Below are positions 1 through 19,809 of a stretch of 64,000 nt of DNA, one piece after another. This DNA comes from the human T2T-CHM13v2.0 reference genome, Homo sapiens. The stretch lies in the NCBI RefSeq assembly GCF_009914755.1, contig NC_060925.1. The stretch is one strand, 5' to 3'. Position numbers and translations under genes: made by a program. Position 1 is the first letter of the stretch. The number at the start of each line of letters is the position of its first letter. Under the pieces are notes generated by a model. It did no database searches. It had not been told where the DNA came from and saw nothing but the letters and a program-made list of their open reading frames with translations.

Positions 1-639
1 CTCCACATCAGAGGGCAAAGTGCCCATGGGCAGCAAATGTGCTTGTCACGTTGAACTTTAACCAAAGATCAAAAAGCATGGCGGAGATTCGAGTTTCTTA
101 ATCTAAGTCGGTTTAAACTCCTGGTGAGAGGGGAGAAGCAAAACAAATATGAGCGTGACATCCTGCTTTTAGCGCTGAGAGCCGTGGTTCACAGGAAAAG
201 GCTGTGAATCAGAAGGGGCCAAGAGCTCATCCTCTGGTCAGCACAAGCGATGTTTTCCACAAGGGAATGAGCCGAAGTGAAGAAGGCAGAAAAACACTGG
301 AATCCCTTAAAATGCCTTGTTGTAAACACACGTCTCAAGTATTTGTTGAGTATTTACTATGGTGAGGAGATTGTCTTAAGTGCAAAGAAGACATAGTTTC
401 TGCTCTTTTGGATTTACATTAGACAGTTACTAAGATAAATGGGAGGATCTGGAGATGAGGATTTTTCATTGTTTGTGGATGTGGGAAGCAGTCTTCACAG
501 ATGCAGTATTGGAGACCAGTATCCTTGGTAACAATGGTGAAATTATTTATTTTCTCTAAAAAATTGTGATTTTTAAAATACTTTAACTATCAGATACTAG
601 AAACATAAAATAATGATTCCCAGTTGCTAAGATTCATAT

Positions 640-875
640 CGGCTAAACATTCACGAGGTTCCTATAACATGCCCTCACATACCTTACCTTATTCCGTGAC
701 CGCAACAACTTTGTGAGATCGTTTTATCACCCCCATTTTACAGATGAGGAAACTGAGTCTTGGAGAGGTCAAATAACCTCCCCAACCTCCTACTAGTAAG
801 TGGCAGAACAGGGATCAAAACCCCAGGTCTTCTAGTCATAAATTCTCTGCCTTCCACTCTATCAAAGCTGCCCCA
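640..875 (-). mobile_element. MIR SINE
   Basis: Core motif cccattttacagatgaggaaactgag...agaggtcaaataac...agtaagtggcaga. Confidence 0.85.
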
Positions 876-3039
876 TGAGGAAAAAACACCTAAAATTGAC
901 TCATCTCTATGCCTATGGAAAAAACCTACCTAACCCCTGAAGTCAAGGAAACTTAAAATTCTCCTGCCAGATAGACTTCAGCGCTGAAGGACTTTAGGTT
1001 TCAGAATCCCTTCTTATACACCACTCCCACTTTGGGGTCTAATGAGGCTACCACATGAAATCTATCAAGCAAATCTGAGATTTTCAGGGCAAATTGAAAA
1101 ATCCATAATGTTTACATGGTCTAGATAAATTGTTATTGTTTATTTATATTCCAATTTCCTAAGAACTGATAGTAAAACTATCCTTACATGAACATGAAGA
1201 AAATTTCCAACACTCCAATATTATTTGTATCTACCTGTACTATCTCCAAGCTTTCCAGTTGAAAAATATAAAATCTGTGTTACTATTGGCCTCTGTCCCT
1301 TATTCCTGGACCTGGGCGTTAGCCTAGAGTCGCTCTGAAGTTAATGATTAAAATCTTTGAGTGGACATTCTCCACCGTTTCTTGGAAGCATTCTTGAGTT
1401 ACCCGTTAGTTTCCAGTCTTAAACAGAGAAATACAGATACCACCTATTGGTAATGGTTTTTAGATCATGAATCTCCTTGTGGGATTACTTTGGAACATCT
1501 CCCCGCTCTTTATCGGCAGGCCGGATGGTGAAGGTCACTTCATCCTTTATCAGATTGTTATTCAACCACAATCCTTCTTTCAAGGATTCAGAAATACACA
1601 GGTTTCTACTAAAAGAAACGTCCATATCTTTAACCAATGCCTGTTTCTAGCACATTTCTCTAAGCGTAATTCTTTTTATCATCCAGATTCTTATGATTCA
1701 TTCAAAAGAAATTTAGAGCCAAATCTGGCTTTTAAGCAAATATTTCTAACAAACTGACCTATTTTAGTATCACTCACCATAAGGTTATTTCAGGATGGTG
1801 AATGACAATATGCCAATGAACAGCAGAGGCTACCTTTTTTGATTCCTAAACAACCAGATTTTGTGAGACTACGTTTTTCTTCAGTGATTCATAATCAGTT
1901 TTGCAATTTGAAAGCAGTTTATGAGTCATTCAGTTTATGAATTTGTTGTCACTTCCTTAGAAAAGGGCTCCCTTTCCTTATAGCTTTTCAAGTTTAATTC
2001 AGTCGCCTGAAAGCTTTCATTTAACCTCAGTTTTTTCTGCTCCATGAAGAAAAACGATGTTATATATCCATTTTACTGTTACTATCAGGTAAGAAGGCCT
2101 AGGGACTAGTGACATCAATTCCACGAGCCATCAGTGTCCTGGGCTTTTAATTCACAGAAGAATGGATAGTTGTAATGAAAAAAAAATCTTATAAAAATAC
2201 CAGTCCTGTTTTCTAAGTTTTAAATACAGATTCTCTGTTTTTAGTTATCTTGTTTCTGCTTCCCAATGCAATAAACTCTAGCCACCTGCAGGACTGCTGG
2301 ATATTCTGATCTCTCCCTAGGATGAAAGAGCCACTTTAACTGGAAATCTTTACAACAAAACACCCTCAACTATTCAAGGAAGAAATTCGGTAGACTTCCA
2401 TGCACGAGGCCTTTGAGAAGAGAAAATAGGCCCTCGTTCAGGCCCAGACAGATCATTGACAGCGTTTTTGGATTCCTTTTTTGATCAGGAAATTAGATCA
2501 ACATCCTTATAGGGAAAGGTTCATTTGGGGCACAGGTGGGGCTCTTTAGTTAAAGTGTCTACTTCTCAGTCCATATTAGGCAACAGGAACTGCCTGAAAG
2601 GCACTTATTTTTCATTCTGTGTCATTCAACCATAAATGACTCAGTTCTGATATTATTTACCAAGCTCCTGTTGAACTCATAGGAGAGGCAGCTGTGCAGC
2701 ACTCGTAATGCTAATCTTAATATAGTCTCAGCAGGGTATGCAGTCAGTGAGAAGTAAGACGGGTCATTTTTCCTTAAGATCATATTAATTAACTAGCTGA
2801 CTCATCTCCCAGGAACTGGATTGAGTCCTCAAAATGCTTCATTTCTAAAATCATGGAGGCTTAATCTAAGTAATTTTACTGTCATCTGGTAAAGCTTATT
2901 AAAGCTTAAGGGTTTTTTTTAAAAGGCACACTTGAAAACTTAGAGGATTAGAGAAACTAAGGTAATTTTAGTAGCAGCAATGAGTATTTCATTTTTAACA
3001 TTTAAACATTAATCTGGCATTCTGAAAGGCCTGAGATCT

Positions 3040-3365
3040 TATTGCTTCTTAAAATAGGCTTTGTTTTTTAGAGCAGTTTTAGGTTCACAGCAAAATTGAA
3101 TGGAGAGTTCCCATATACTCCCTGCCCACGCAGGCACAGACTCCCCACTGCCAGTGTGCTGTACCGTAGTGATAAATTTGCTGCAATTGATTAACTCGCA
3201 TTGGCACATCAGTATCACCCGAAGTCCACAGTTTACATTAGAGTTCACTCTTGGTGTTGTACATTCTATGGATTTTGACAAATGGATAAAAACACTTATC
3301 TACCATTATAGTATCATACAGAATAGTTTCACCGTCTTAAAAATCCTCTGTGCTTACCCACTCAG
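3040..3365 (-). mobile_element. L1MC-type LINE 3' end fragment
   Basis: ttttttagagcagttttaggttcacagcaaaattga...gagttcactcttggtgttgtacattctatgg resembles the antisense L1MC1-3 3' end. Confidence 0.8.
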
Positions 3366-3756
3366 ATCTTATTTTTAGTTTCAAAGTTAATGATCTAAAT
3401 ATGAGAACTGAAATCTGCAAATTTAAAAAAGCACAAGAACCCAAGTGTTTAACTTAAAATCAATGGTTCTTAAAAATCATTAATATAATGTAAAAATACT
3501 AAATATTAAATTTCAACATTAATCTTGAGATTTAATTAATTCAAAACATATGTCTGAAATGTACCTTTGCAGTAGCCATGAAAAAAATGTGTTACCTAAG
3601 TAAATAGTTTAAGTGTCTGAGAAACTTTTGGCCAAGGGACTGCAGTCACTATTGCTAATTCCCTGCTATCTGGAACTTAGCTACAATTAAGCAAATAAAC
3701 AACAACAACAAAGGACAGAAAAATCTCTGAAAAATCCCCCCAAATTAGGAAAATAA

Positions 3757-4082
<326 letters not shown>

Positions 4083-4645
4083 AGCAACACATTTCTAAAT
4101 AATTCATGAGTCAAAGAAGAAATTACAATGGAAATTAGAAAATATTTGAACTGAATGAAAATGAAAACACAATTTATCTAAATTTGTGACATGCAGCTAA
4201 AGTGGTGCTTAGAGGAAAGTTTATAGCAGCATTAAATACATATATTGGAAAAAAAGAAAGGTCTAAAATTAATGATCTAATCTCCTACCTTAAGAGACTA
4301 AAAAAAGAAGAGCAAATTAAACCAAATATAAGCATAAATAAAGATAAGAGTGAAAACTAATGAAAGAGAAGATGATAAAACAATAGAGAAAAATCAGTAA
4401 AATCAATAGCTAGTACTTTGAAAAGATTAATAAAAGTTATACCCCCTAGCCAGACTGATCAAGAAAAAAAAAAAGAGGAAAAACACAAATTACCAAAATC
4501 AGGAATGAAAGGCCATCACCATAGATCCTACAGACATAAACAGATTATAAGGGGATATTTTGAATAAATTGATGCCAATAAATTTCAAAATTTAAAGGAA
4601 ATAGAAAATTTCTTTGAAAGATAAAAATTACTAAAACTGATTTGA

Positions 4646-4995
<350 letters not shown>

Positions 4996-5265
4996 TATTA
5001 AAGAAATTAAATTTGTAATTTAAAAACTTCTGACTAAAAAGATACCAGGCCCAGATGGCTTCAATGGAGAATTTTATCAAATATTTAAGAAAGAAATAAC
5101 ATCAATCATATGCAAATTTTCAGAAAATAGAGGGAGAAGTAATACTTTCTAACTCATTTTATGAAGCCAGAATTACCATGACAAAATTATTATAATAAAG
5201 AAAATTATAGACCAGTATCATAGGTGCAAAATCCATAACAACATATTAACAAATCAAATCCAAAG

Positions 5266-5283
5266 ATATATATATATATATAT
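5266..5283. repeat. (TA)n microsatellite
   Basis: Visible atatatatat run. Confidence 0.9.
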
Positions 5284-5333
5284 GGAGGTTAATACCATAT
5301 AGGGTGTATTCCAGGAATTCAAGATAGATTTAA

Positions 5334-5666
<333 letters not shown>

Positions 5667-5708
5667 TGATGTAACTCACAGAATAAAGGAGAAAAAATTT
5701 CTGATATC

Positions 5709-6602
<894 letters not shown>

Positions 6603-8507
6603 TAGATGTACCCCGTTCCCCCGAAAAGAAAACACTTCTGAAAAAATTTCATACCCACTCATAAACTCTCAGCAAATTGGTCATAAAAGGGAACTGCCTC
6701 AACCTAATGAAGGACAGCTTCAAAAAAACCCTACAGCTAACAATATCCTTAATAGTGAAACACTGCTTTTCCCTGAGATTGGGAAAGGACAAGGATGTCC
6801 ACGCTCACCTTTGCTATTCAACATGTACTGGAGGTCCTCATTCGTGCAATAAAGCAAGAAAAATAAATAAAACCCACACATATTGGAAAGATGTAAAACT
6901 ATTTTTACTCACAAGCAACATAATCTTGAACATAAAAAATCCAAAGGAATCTACCAAAATCAAAACAAAACAAAACATGTTATTAGCTATAAAGAGTGAG
7001 TTTTTTAAGGTTGAAGGATACAAGGTCAATATTAATTGAAATTTCTATATACAATTGCAAAAAATAGTTAAATTTCTATATGTAATAGTAACAAATTGAA
7101 ATTCAATTGAGAATTGAATTTTTCAATTTTCAAACAATTGAAAATTCAGATAAAAATACCACTTACAATAGCTTCAAAAATCATGAAGTACTTAGGGATA
7201 ATCTTAAGAAAATAAGAATAAAACCAATCTATAGAAAACTCTAAAATACTGCTAAGAGAAAATTTAAAATATAGAAATAAATAGGTAGCTAGACCATGCT
7301 GTGGATGGGAAGACTCAATATTTTTTTAAATGTCAATTATCTCCAAATTAATTTGTAGAGACCATGCAATGCCAAGTAAAATTTTAGCAAAGCTTTTGTA
7401 GCAAATGGTAAACTGCTCTTAAAATTGATGTGGAAACAAAAAGAGCCCACAAAGAACCCAATAAACTTATTTTGAAAATAAAGAACAACATTGGAAAATT
7501 CATATTACCTGATTTCTGGATTTAATATTCAGCTTCGGTAATTAAGACGGTGTGGTATCACTACACAAATAGACAGCTCAATAGAACAGAAAAGTGAAAA
7601 CAGACCCACATATACCTAGTAAATTGATATTTGACAAAGTAGCCAGGATAATTCAGTTGAGGGGAAAGACAGTCTTTTCAACAAATTATGCAGGAAAAAC
7701 TGGACATCTCCGTGGAAAACAGGAGCCCCGATGTTTATCTCATACCTTACATAAAACTAGCTTGAAATGGATCATACACCTTAACATAAAACTTAGAGAT
7801 GAATATATAGGAGAAAAATCTTTGTAACCTTGGAATAGGCAAAGATTTCTCAGCTAGATATAAAAAGTATGAACTATAAAAGAATTGAAAATAGACTTCA
7901 AAGTTAAAAACTTTTGATTTTGGCAAGACACTGTTAAGAAAATGACAAGGCAGGTCACAGACTGGGAGACAGTATTTTCAGTACAGCAAGCTCATGAAAA
8001 GATGCCCCATATCATTAGATATCAGGGAAATACAAACTAAAACCCCATTGGAAGGCTAAAATTTAAGAACATGACAATACCAAGTGCTGGTGAGAATGTG
8101 GAACACCTGGAACTATCGTATGTTTACGGTCGTCATTCAACATGGTAAGACCGCTCTGGATAACAGCTCCACCATTTCTTATGAAGTTATATATGTGACT
8201 TTATTCCACTCCTAGGCATTTATTCAAGAGAAGTGATAGCACAGGCTCACATAAAGACATTTACCAATAAAGACATTGAGTCTTTATTCATAATAATTGT
8301 CAAAGAACCAGAAACAACCCAAATGCCCATCCACAGTGAATGAATACATTGTGACATGTCTATAAAAATGAGATTATTTTGAAATACAAAGGAACAAATT
8401 AATGATTCATATGGATGGATTTTAAAAACATGCCCAGTGAAAGAAGCCAGGGTATCTACTGTATGATTCTATTTATATGAAACTCTAGGAAAGACAAAGT
8501 GAATCTA

Positions 8508-8814
<307 letters not shown>

Positions 8815-8902
8815 GCAAATCTAGAAGACAGGTCTCTGGTTGCCTTGGGCCAGGAGGGGTTGGTCCAGATTTACCAGGCAGGGACGTAAGGGAACCTTTT
8901 AG

Positions 8903-9346
<444 letters not shown>

Positions 9347-9374
9347 TAAATTATACCTTAATGAGGTTGAGTTT

Positions 9375-9600
9375 AAACCTCCAGAACTTTTCTCATCTTG
9401 CGTGATTGAAACTGTGTGCCCATTAAACAACCCCCCACTCCCTCTTCTGCAGCCGCTGGCAACCACCATTCTACTTTCTGTCTCTATTCATTTGGCTGTT
9501 CTCGGTACCTCATGTAGGTGGAATCATACAGTGACTGTCTTTTTGTGACTGCCTTATCTCACTTAGCATAATGTCTACAAGGCTCATCTATTCAAATTTT
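9375..9600 (-). mobile_element. L1MB-type 3' fragment
   Basis: ctggcaaccaccattctactttctgtctct...ggaatcatacag...cacttagcataatg. Confidence 0.75.
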
Positions 9601-9967
9601 TTTGAGGGGCCATTATAATGATTTTTTGTAATGCATGGCAGCCTTGCTCCTTGCCATATTGCCGCCCCCTAACCCCACATGAGTCCCAGCTTCAGCAAAT
9701 GACTCCCATCTGGTGACGTCATTATCCCCATCTTCTGCTCCAATCATTGCCATTCGCCCAGAGTTTAGAAGGGGCTGCAGAATAAGGAAGTGCACGGGCT
9801 GGGGAGAAACAGCATGTTAGGTAAGGAGAATTCCCCTTAGACAGAAAGAGGAAACACAAGCCCTTTCACTAGGGACAAAAGTCAAAGCTGACAAGACTGA
9901 GATTAAGACATTGCCTAGAGCCCTCAGGTCAACAGAGAGCCCTACTTCCTGCATCCAGTGGTTTACC

Positions 9968-10256
9968 TTTTTTTTTTTGGACATAAGGTCTTGCTCTGCC
10001 ACTCAGGCTGGAGTACAGTGAGTGGTGCCATCGCGGCTCACTGCAGCCTTAACCTCCTTGGCTCAAGAGATTCTCCCACTCTGCGTAGCTGGGATCACAG
10101 GCACGAGCCACCATGCCTGGCTGATGTTTGTATTTTGGTAGAGATGGGGTTTTGCCACGTTGCCCAGGCTGGTCTCGAGCTCCTGGGCTCAACCATTCCT
10201 CCCGCCTAGGCCTCCCAAAGTGCTAGGACTACAGGCATGAGCCACCGTGCCAGGCC
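9968..10256 (-). mobile_element. AluJ
   Basis: Diverged dimer with J diagnostics (cactgcagcctt, ctcctgggctcaa). Confidence 0.9.
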
Positions 10257-11000
10257 ACTTGATCTACCTTTTAAGACACACCTTGGCGTGCCTGAAGTCA
10301 AACCTTGACACAAAGCTGAGACACGTGTTCCCAATCATCTAACTCCATAGTGTCATTTGCAGATAGAGGTCGTGGCAGCAAGTAATCACAGTTTCTATTG
10401 ACCATATGGAGGTATGAAGGCAACTGCTTCATTAATTTTTTGAAGCCAGTGATTATTAAGGATGGAATCTGTTATTATTTCAATGTTTATTGAGGACCCA
10501 TAATGTGCTACACACTTGTTTTGATCACCAAATAAACAGTCTGCAAAAAGCAATATGGCTGTGGTTGCTTCAAATTTCCAGGTCATGGGGACCAGTTGCA
10601 AGGGAAGCATGAGTGACTGGATAAATATTAATGAGCATCATGTGGATGAGCATAGGGAACCTATATTTAAGGTAATATAATTTAAACTATATTTAGGAGG
10701 AGGATGCTGTCTGAGGTGTTGATTATAACCCAGGAAGGAGATCCGTAGGTCATAGTAACCAAGTCAGACCATGCTGGGGACCATCTGCAGGTGTGTTGGA
10801 AACAAAGTATATTTTCATGCTATTGAATGTATATTGGGTGAACCAATGAATAAACGAACAATTTTAGCAAATCACTTGTCTTTCTGGCTCTCAGGACAAA
10901 CACCAAAATGGCCTTGCTATTAAAATGTAAACCTTTTCTTTCTTCCTGAACCAAGACTCTCAGGCCGTGCAGAGTTTCTGTTCTTAACTTTGGTTTCCTT

Positions 11001-11296
11001 GGCTGGGCACGGTGGCTCACACCTGTAATCTCAGCACTTCGGGAGGCCGAGGTGGGCAGATCACCTGAGGTCAGGAGTTTGAGACCAGCCTGGCCAACAT
11101 GGTGAAACCCTGTCTCTAATAAAAATACAAAAATTAGCCAGGTGTGGTGGCGGGCACCTGTAATCCAAGCCACTTGGGAGGCTGAGGCAGAAGAATTGCT
11201 TGAACCCGGGAGTCGGAGGTTGCAGTGAGCAGAGATTGCATCACTGTACTCTAGTCTGGGTGACAGAATGAGACTCCGTCTCAAAAAAAAAAAAAA
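11001..11296 (+). mobile_element. AluSx-like
   Basis: Full dimer with A-tail. Confidence 0.95.
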
Positions 11297-11984
11297 TTTT
11301 TTTTTGGATTCCAGTGTGAGACTCCTTATTAGGAAAAACATTGTTGACTAATACATGGTTATCTAGTCCTGTGGTGACAACCTATTTTTCATGAAGTCAA
11401 GTCAGGAAAAAGAAAAAAGATTTTTAAAAAAAGTCCCTATTTAAAATCAGAATAGATTTGAGACCCATAGAAAATATGTAGACTTAAAAAATTTAGATAA
11501 TCTTATTGACTCAGTAATAAAATGCCTTTGAGAAAAATGGAACTGCATTGCTAACATCAGCTACATCAGTCTGTAGTAAAATGAAAATCTTTTCTAATCT
11601 TTTATCCAGAAATTAGATCTTGGCCTGTGTAATGACAAGAATTGGTCTATATGTCCTTCATCACGGATGTGGCCCTTTGTGGCTTAGGTTATTGGCTGTG
11701 ACTATCACTGGTGAGACGTGCTCCCTGCCTCTTCCCTCACGCCTTCTACCCAAACAGCAGTATAGCTTAAAATAAGGAATTTAATGACTGGTGCAAGATA
11801 TAATAATACTTTAGCCATATTGTGTATAACATATGTAACCATAATGTATATAACATACACATGAGAATTAAAACATGCTGTAATTAGAAAGATCATTACA
11901 TTGTTTGTAATTAAATATTTAAGTACATGCCCTGTGTCAAGCGCAGTACAAGCTGTTGGGCAAAAAGGACTAAGCAATAATAAA

Positions 11985-12614
<630 letters not shown>

Positions 12615-13228
12615 CTAAAATTCCCCATACTTTTAGAAATTTAAAAGTTTCTAAATAATGTAATATAAAATAAAATATCATTATAGAAACAAGGAAGTAT
12701 TTGAGAGTGAATGAGAAAAATAATTACACATTAGAACTGGAAGAATCTTGCTAAAGCAATAATTAGAGTAAAAATTTTAGCCGTAAATGTTTCTTTATAT
12801 TAGAAAGGAACTGCTGCTGTTAATTAGTGAGCCAAGCATTCAGTGTAACAAATTGGATTAAGGACTTCGGAATGAATGTGAAGAAAGTAAAAACAAGGGA
12901 ATACTCAAAATAAAAACAGAAATCAGTGAAATCGATAACAAAGAAATAGAAAGGATTCATAAGGAAAAATGGGTTCTTCGAAAAGACCAAAAAAAGAAAC
13001 ACTCACTTCAGCAAAACTGATCAAGGCCAGAAGAGAGAAGGACCAAGTCAAGCCTGAAATAGGACCCATAAATACAGGCCCAGCAGAGCTCCAAATGATA
13101 AGAGGACCCTGTAAACATCTTTAAGACTATCCACTGATAAGTTACCAGAGCAAGATACCTTATCAACAGTGACTCAGGAAGAAATAGTAAACCTGCCTGG
13201 TTCTAAACCCATTAAAGAAATTGAAACA

Positions 13229-13520
13229 GGCCATGTGCCTTGCCTCATGCCTGTAATCCCTGCACTTTGGGAGGCCAAGGAGGATCACTTGAGTCCAGGA
13301 GTTCAAGACCAACCTGGACAATATGGCGAAAGCCCATCTCTACGAAAAATACGAAAATTAGCCAGGGGCGGTAGCACGTGCCTATAATCCCAGCTATTCA
13401 GGAGGTTGAGGTGGGAGGATCACCTGAGTCTGGGAGGTCGAGGCTGCAGTGAGCTGTGATTGTGCCACTGCAATCCAACCTGGGCAACTGAGCAAGACCC
13501 TGTTTCTAAAAAAAATAACA
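13229..13520 (+). mobile_element. AluJ
   Basis: gaggtcgaggctgcagtgagctgtgat; TSD aagaaattgaaacag. Confidence 0.92.
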
Positions 13521-14277
13521 AAGAAATTGAAACAGACAATAAAATCTCTCCTCAAGGAACTATCGAGCCCAGGTATTTCTACAGGTAAGTTTACCAACTG
13601 TTCAAAGAAGTAATAATCTCAGTATCGCACACTCTTCCAAGTCACAGGAATGAAGAAAAGACTCCCTAATGAATTGAGACCCAAATCAATTTGTATAAGC
13701 ACAAAACTAAAAAAGCAGGCAAGAATGGTACAAGAAAGGAGAATTCCTGATCAATTTCACTCACGAACATAGCTGTAAAAATCCTAAGCAACATATTTGC
13801 CAGCAGAATCAAGGAAGGTGCAGGCCCACCCTGTTTTATTGTGGTTCACTCTCTTGCACTTCACTGATGCTATACTTTCTACAAATTAAAGTTTTGTGGC
13901 AACCCTGCGTTGAGCATGTCTCTTGGTACCATTTTCCAACGGGGTGTGCTCACTTCATGTCTCTGTGTCACACTTTGCTAATTCTCACACTACTTCAAAC
14001 TTTTTAATATGTATTGTATCTGTTATGGTGATCTGTGATCAATGGTCCTTGATGTTGCTGTTGTGATTGTTTTGGGGCATCATGAACTGTGCCCACATAA
14101 GACCGCAAACTTGATCGGTAAATGTTCTGACTGCTCCACTGATCGGCCATCCCTCCCGTCTCTTTCCCTCTCCTTGGGCCCCCTATTCCCTGAGACACAA
14201 GAATATTGAAATTATGCCAATTAATAACCCTACAATGAATTCTAAGTGTTCAAGTGATAGGAAGAGTTGCATATCTC

Positions 14278-14361
14278 TATGTTGGTGCAAAGGTAGTTGC
14301 CGGTTTTGCTATTACTTTCAATGGCAAAACCCGCAATTACCTTTGCACCAAACCAACCTAA
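14278..14361. mobile_element. MADE1 (Hsmar1-derived MITE) inside Tigger1
   Basis: ~80-bp palindrome gttggtgcaaaggtagttgc...gcaattacctttgcaccaa. Confidence 0.92.
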
Positions 14362-14389
14362 TATTTTAGATCAAGTGCTGAAAGTGATT

Positions 14390-16000
<1,611 letters not shown>

Positions 16001-16383
16001 TGTGGATGAGCAAAGAAAGTGGTTTCTTGAGATGGAATTTACTTCTGGTGAAGATACTGTGAATACTGTTGAAATGACAACAGAGGATTTAGAATATTAT
16101 TTAAACTTAGCTGATAAAACAGCAGCAGGTTTGAAAGGATTGACTCCAATTTTGAAAGAAGTTCTGTGGGTAAAATGCTATCATATAGCATCACACACTA
16201 CGAAGAAATCTTTCGTGAAAGGAAGAGTCCTAATCAATGCAAAAAACTTCATTGTCATTTTGAGAAATTGCCACAGCCATGCCAACCTTCAGCAACCACC
16301 ATGGTGATCAGCCAGCAGCCATCAACATAGAGGCAAGACCCTCTGCCAACAAAAAGATTGTGACTCACTGAAGGCTCAGATGA

Positions 16384-16713
<330 letters not shown>

Positions 16714-17151
16714 TAATTAAGGTATGTACATTTTTTAGACATAATGCTATTGCACACTTATAGACTACAGTATAGTTTAAATAAAACTTTTATATACACT
16801 GAGAAACCAAAAAACTAGTGTGACTCACTTTAATATTTGCTTTATTGAGGTGGTCTGGAATGCAACCCAAAATATCTCCATAGTATGCCTATATGAGAAA
16901 GATAAAGTTTATTCCAGGAAAATCGATTGTAATCTGTACCAGTAGTCGATTAAAGGAGAAAAACCATGTGATTGTCTTAATCAATGTAGAAAAGCAAATT
17001 ATAAAATTTAACATTCATCCATAATTTAAAAAACTTAATCGACTATAAGTAGAAGAGAATATCCTTCACGTAATGAAGACCATTTTTAAAAACAAACAAA
17101 ACTACAGCAAACCTCAAACTTTATGGTAAAACGTTAAAAACATTCTCTCTC

Positions 17152-17460
17152 GGCCAGGCACAGTGGCTCACGCCTGTAATGCCAGCACTCTGTGAGGCCG
17201 AGGTGGGCAGATCACGAGGTCAGGAGATCAAGACCCAACCTGGCTAACATGGTGAAACCCCGTCTCTACTAAAAATACAAAAAATTAGCCAGGCGTGGTG
17301 GCGGGTTCCTGTAGTCCCAGCTACTCGGGAGGCTGAGGCAGGAGAATGGCGTCAACCCGGGAGGCGGAGCTTGCAGTGAGATCGTGCCACTGCACTCCAA
17401 CCTGGGTGACAGAGTGAGACTCTGTCTGAAAAAACAAAAACAAAACAAAAAAAACAAACA
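17152..17460 (+). mobile_element. AluY/Sc-like
   Basis: gatcacgaggtcaggagatc; gagaatggcgt..gagcttgcag; TSD aaacattctct. Confidence 0.92.
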
Positions 17461-17764
17461 TTCTCTTGAAAATGAGGAAAAACTCCAAGACATCAAGTCT
17501 TGTCAGTTTGAGTTCACATAGTAATGGAGATGCTTGTCAGATCAGCAAGACAAGGAAGAAAATTACAGAATTGGAAAGAAATAAAACAGAAATCATTCAG
17601 AGATGTATTTGATTGACTTCTTAGAAAATCCTAAGGAATATACAGACGGATTAATAAAGTGTTTTAGCTAAGTTACTGCATACAAAATCAAAATGCAAAG
17701 ATCAATTACATTTCTATAATATCATCACACTAACAACACTGAAAAATAGATAATAAAAATGATG

Positions 17765-18194
<430 letters not shown>

Positions 18195-18445
18195 TTAGAT
18201 CATGTTTTTGAAGACATAACCTCCAAAATACATCAATTCTCCTCCCGCTAAGCTACAGATTCAATGTCATTCCAATCAAAATCCCAAGAATTGTTTCTGT
18301 TTTGTTTTGAATTTAGCAAACCGAATTTTTAATGTGCCGGTTATAATATAGTTATATACAAGAGGATTCCATTATGTAAAAGGAAAATATACACACTCAC
18401 CGTATGCATAATTAATTGCTCTAGAAAAAGATCTGCGTGGAGGGA

Positions 18446-19378
18446 GTATTCGTTTCCTGTTGCTCTGTAACAAAACAGCACTGACTGAGCTGTGAAAACA
18501 ACACCCATTCATGAGCTCACAGTTGTGTGGGTCAGAGGCCTGTCCTGGTGTGGCTGGATTTTCTTCTCAGGATATCATAAGCCTCAGGACATCAAGGTAT
18601 TGACCAGGTTGAGTTCTTGTCTCAAGGCTGTAGAGGAAAATGCACTTTTTTTGTTTTTTTTTAATCTTCAATTTATTTTAAGTTCAGGGGTACATGTGCA
18701 GGATGTGCAGGTTTGTTCCATAGGGCAATGTGTGCCATGGTGGTTTTGCACAGATCATCCCATCACCTAGTTATTAAGCCCAGGATCCATTAGCTATTCT
18801 TCCTGACGCTCCCCCTCCCCCTATCCCCGCAGGGCCCCGTGTGTGTTGTTCCCCTCCATGTGCCCATGTATTCTCAGCATTCAGCTCCCACTTATAAGTG
18901 AGAACATGTGGTGTTTTGTTTTCTGTTCCTGCGTTCGTTTGCTGAGGAAAATCCACTTCTGGGCTCATTCTTGTTGGCAAAATTCAGTCCTTTGTATTAC
19001 AAGACTGAGGTCCCCTTTCCTTGCTGCCTGTCAGCTGGGGACTGTTCTCAGCACCCAGAAGCCGCCCACATCCCTACCACGCGGCCCGTTCAGGCCAGCA
19101 GGGGTGCACAGAATCCTCCCGTGCCGCCCCGACTGCCTGTTCTGTGACCATCTGGAGAAAACTGTCTGCCTTGAAAGGGCTCATGTCACTAGGTCAGGCC
19201 CACTGAGTATTTTCTCTATTTTCATGTCAACTGATTTGGGACCTTAATTACATTGCAGCTCCTTTTCACAGCAGTACCTAGATTCACGTTTGGTTGGATA
19301 ACTGGAAGACGGTATGTGTATATCAGGGGCCTGGAAATTTGGTGGGGCGGGTTACATCTTAGATTTCTGCCAAGCACA
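18446..19378 (-). mobile_element. MLT1 (MaLR, MLT1E/F-like) LTR with L1PA insertion
   Basis: gtattcgtttcctgttgctctgtaacaaa...ctcacagtt...; other end ttctgccaagcaca. Confidence 0.75.
18648..18943 (-). mobile_element. 5'-truncated L1PA (about L1PA8-13) 3' end
   Basis: ggggtacatgtgcaggatgtgcaggtttg...ctcccacttataagtgagaacatg; TSD gaggaaaat(g/c)cactt. Confidence 0.92.
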
Positions 19379-19495
19379 CTGAGATTACAGTTGTGTGTGT
19401 GTGTATTTTAAGATGACTCTACACTGACTTTTGGGGGGAAATATTTAAAAAATAATTTAAAAATTGAATAAGTTACCAAATAAAAAGCGCATGTA

Positions 19496-19802
19496 GCCGG
19501 GCACGGTGGCTCACGCCTGTGATCCTAGCACTTTGGGAGGCCGAGATGGGTGGATCACCTGAGGTCAGGGGTTTGAGACCAGCCTGGCCAATATGGCAAA
19601 ACGCTGTCTCTTCTAAAAATACAGGCATTGGCCAGGCATGGTGGCACATGCCTGTGATCCCAGCTACTCAGGAGGCTGAGGCAGGAGAATCGCTTGAACC
19701 TAGGAGTTGGAGGTTGCAGTGAGCCCAGATGAGATCATGCTACTGCACTCCAGCCTGGGCAACACAGCGAGACTCTTGTCTCCAAAAAAAAAAAAAAAAA
19801 AG
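19496..19802 (+). mobile_element. AluS
   Basis: Full dimer with A-tail. Confidence 0.95.
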
Positions 19803-19809
19803 AGCACAT

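Noticed and set aside
1467-1757. 96-aa ATG ORF in unique sequence
   Set aside because: There is no recognisable homology, promoter context or exon chain, and this length is expected by chance.
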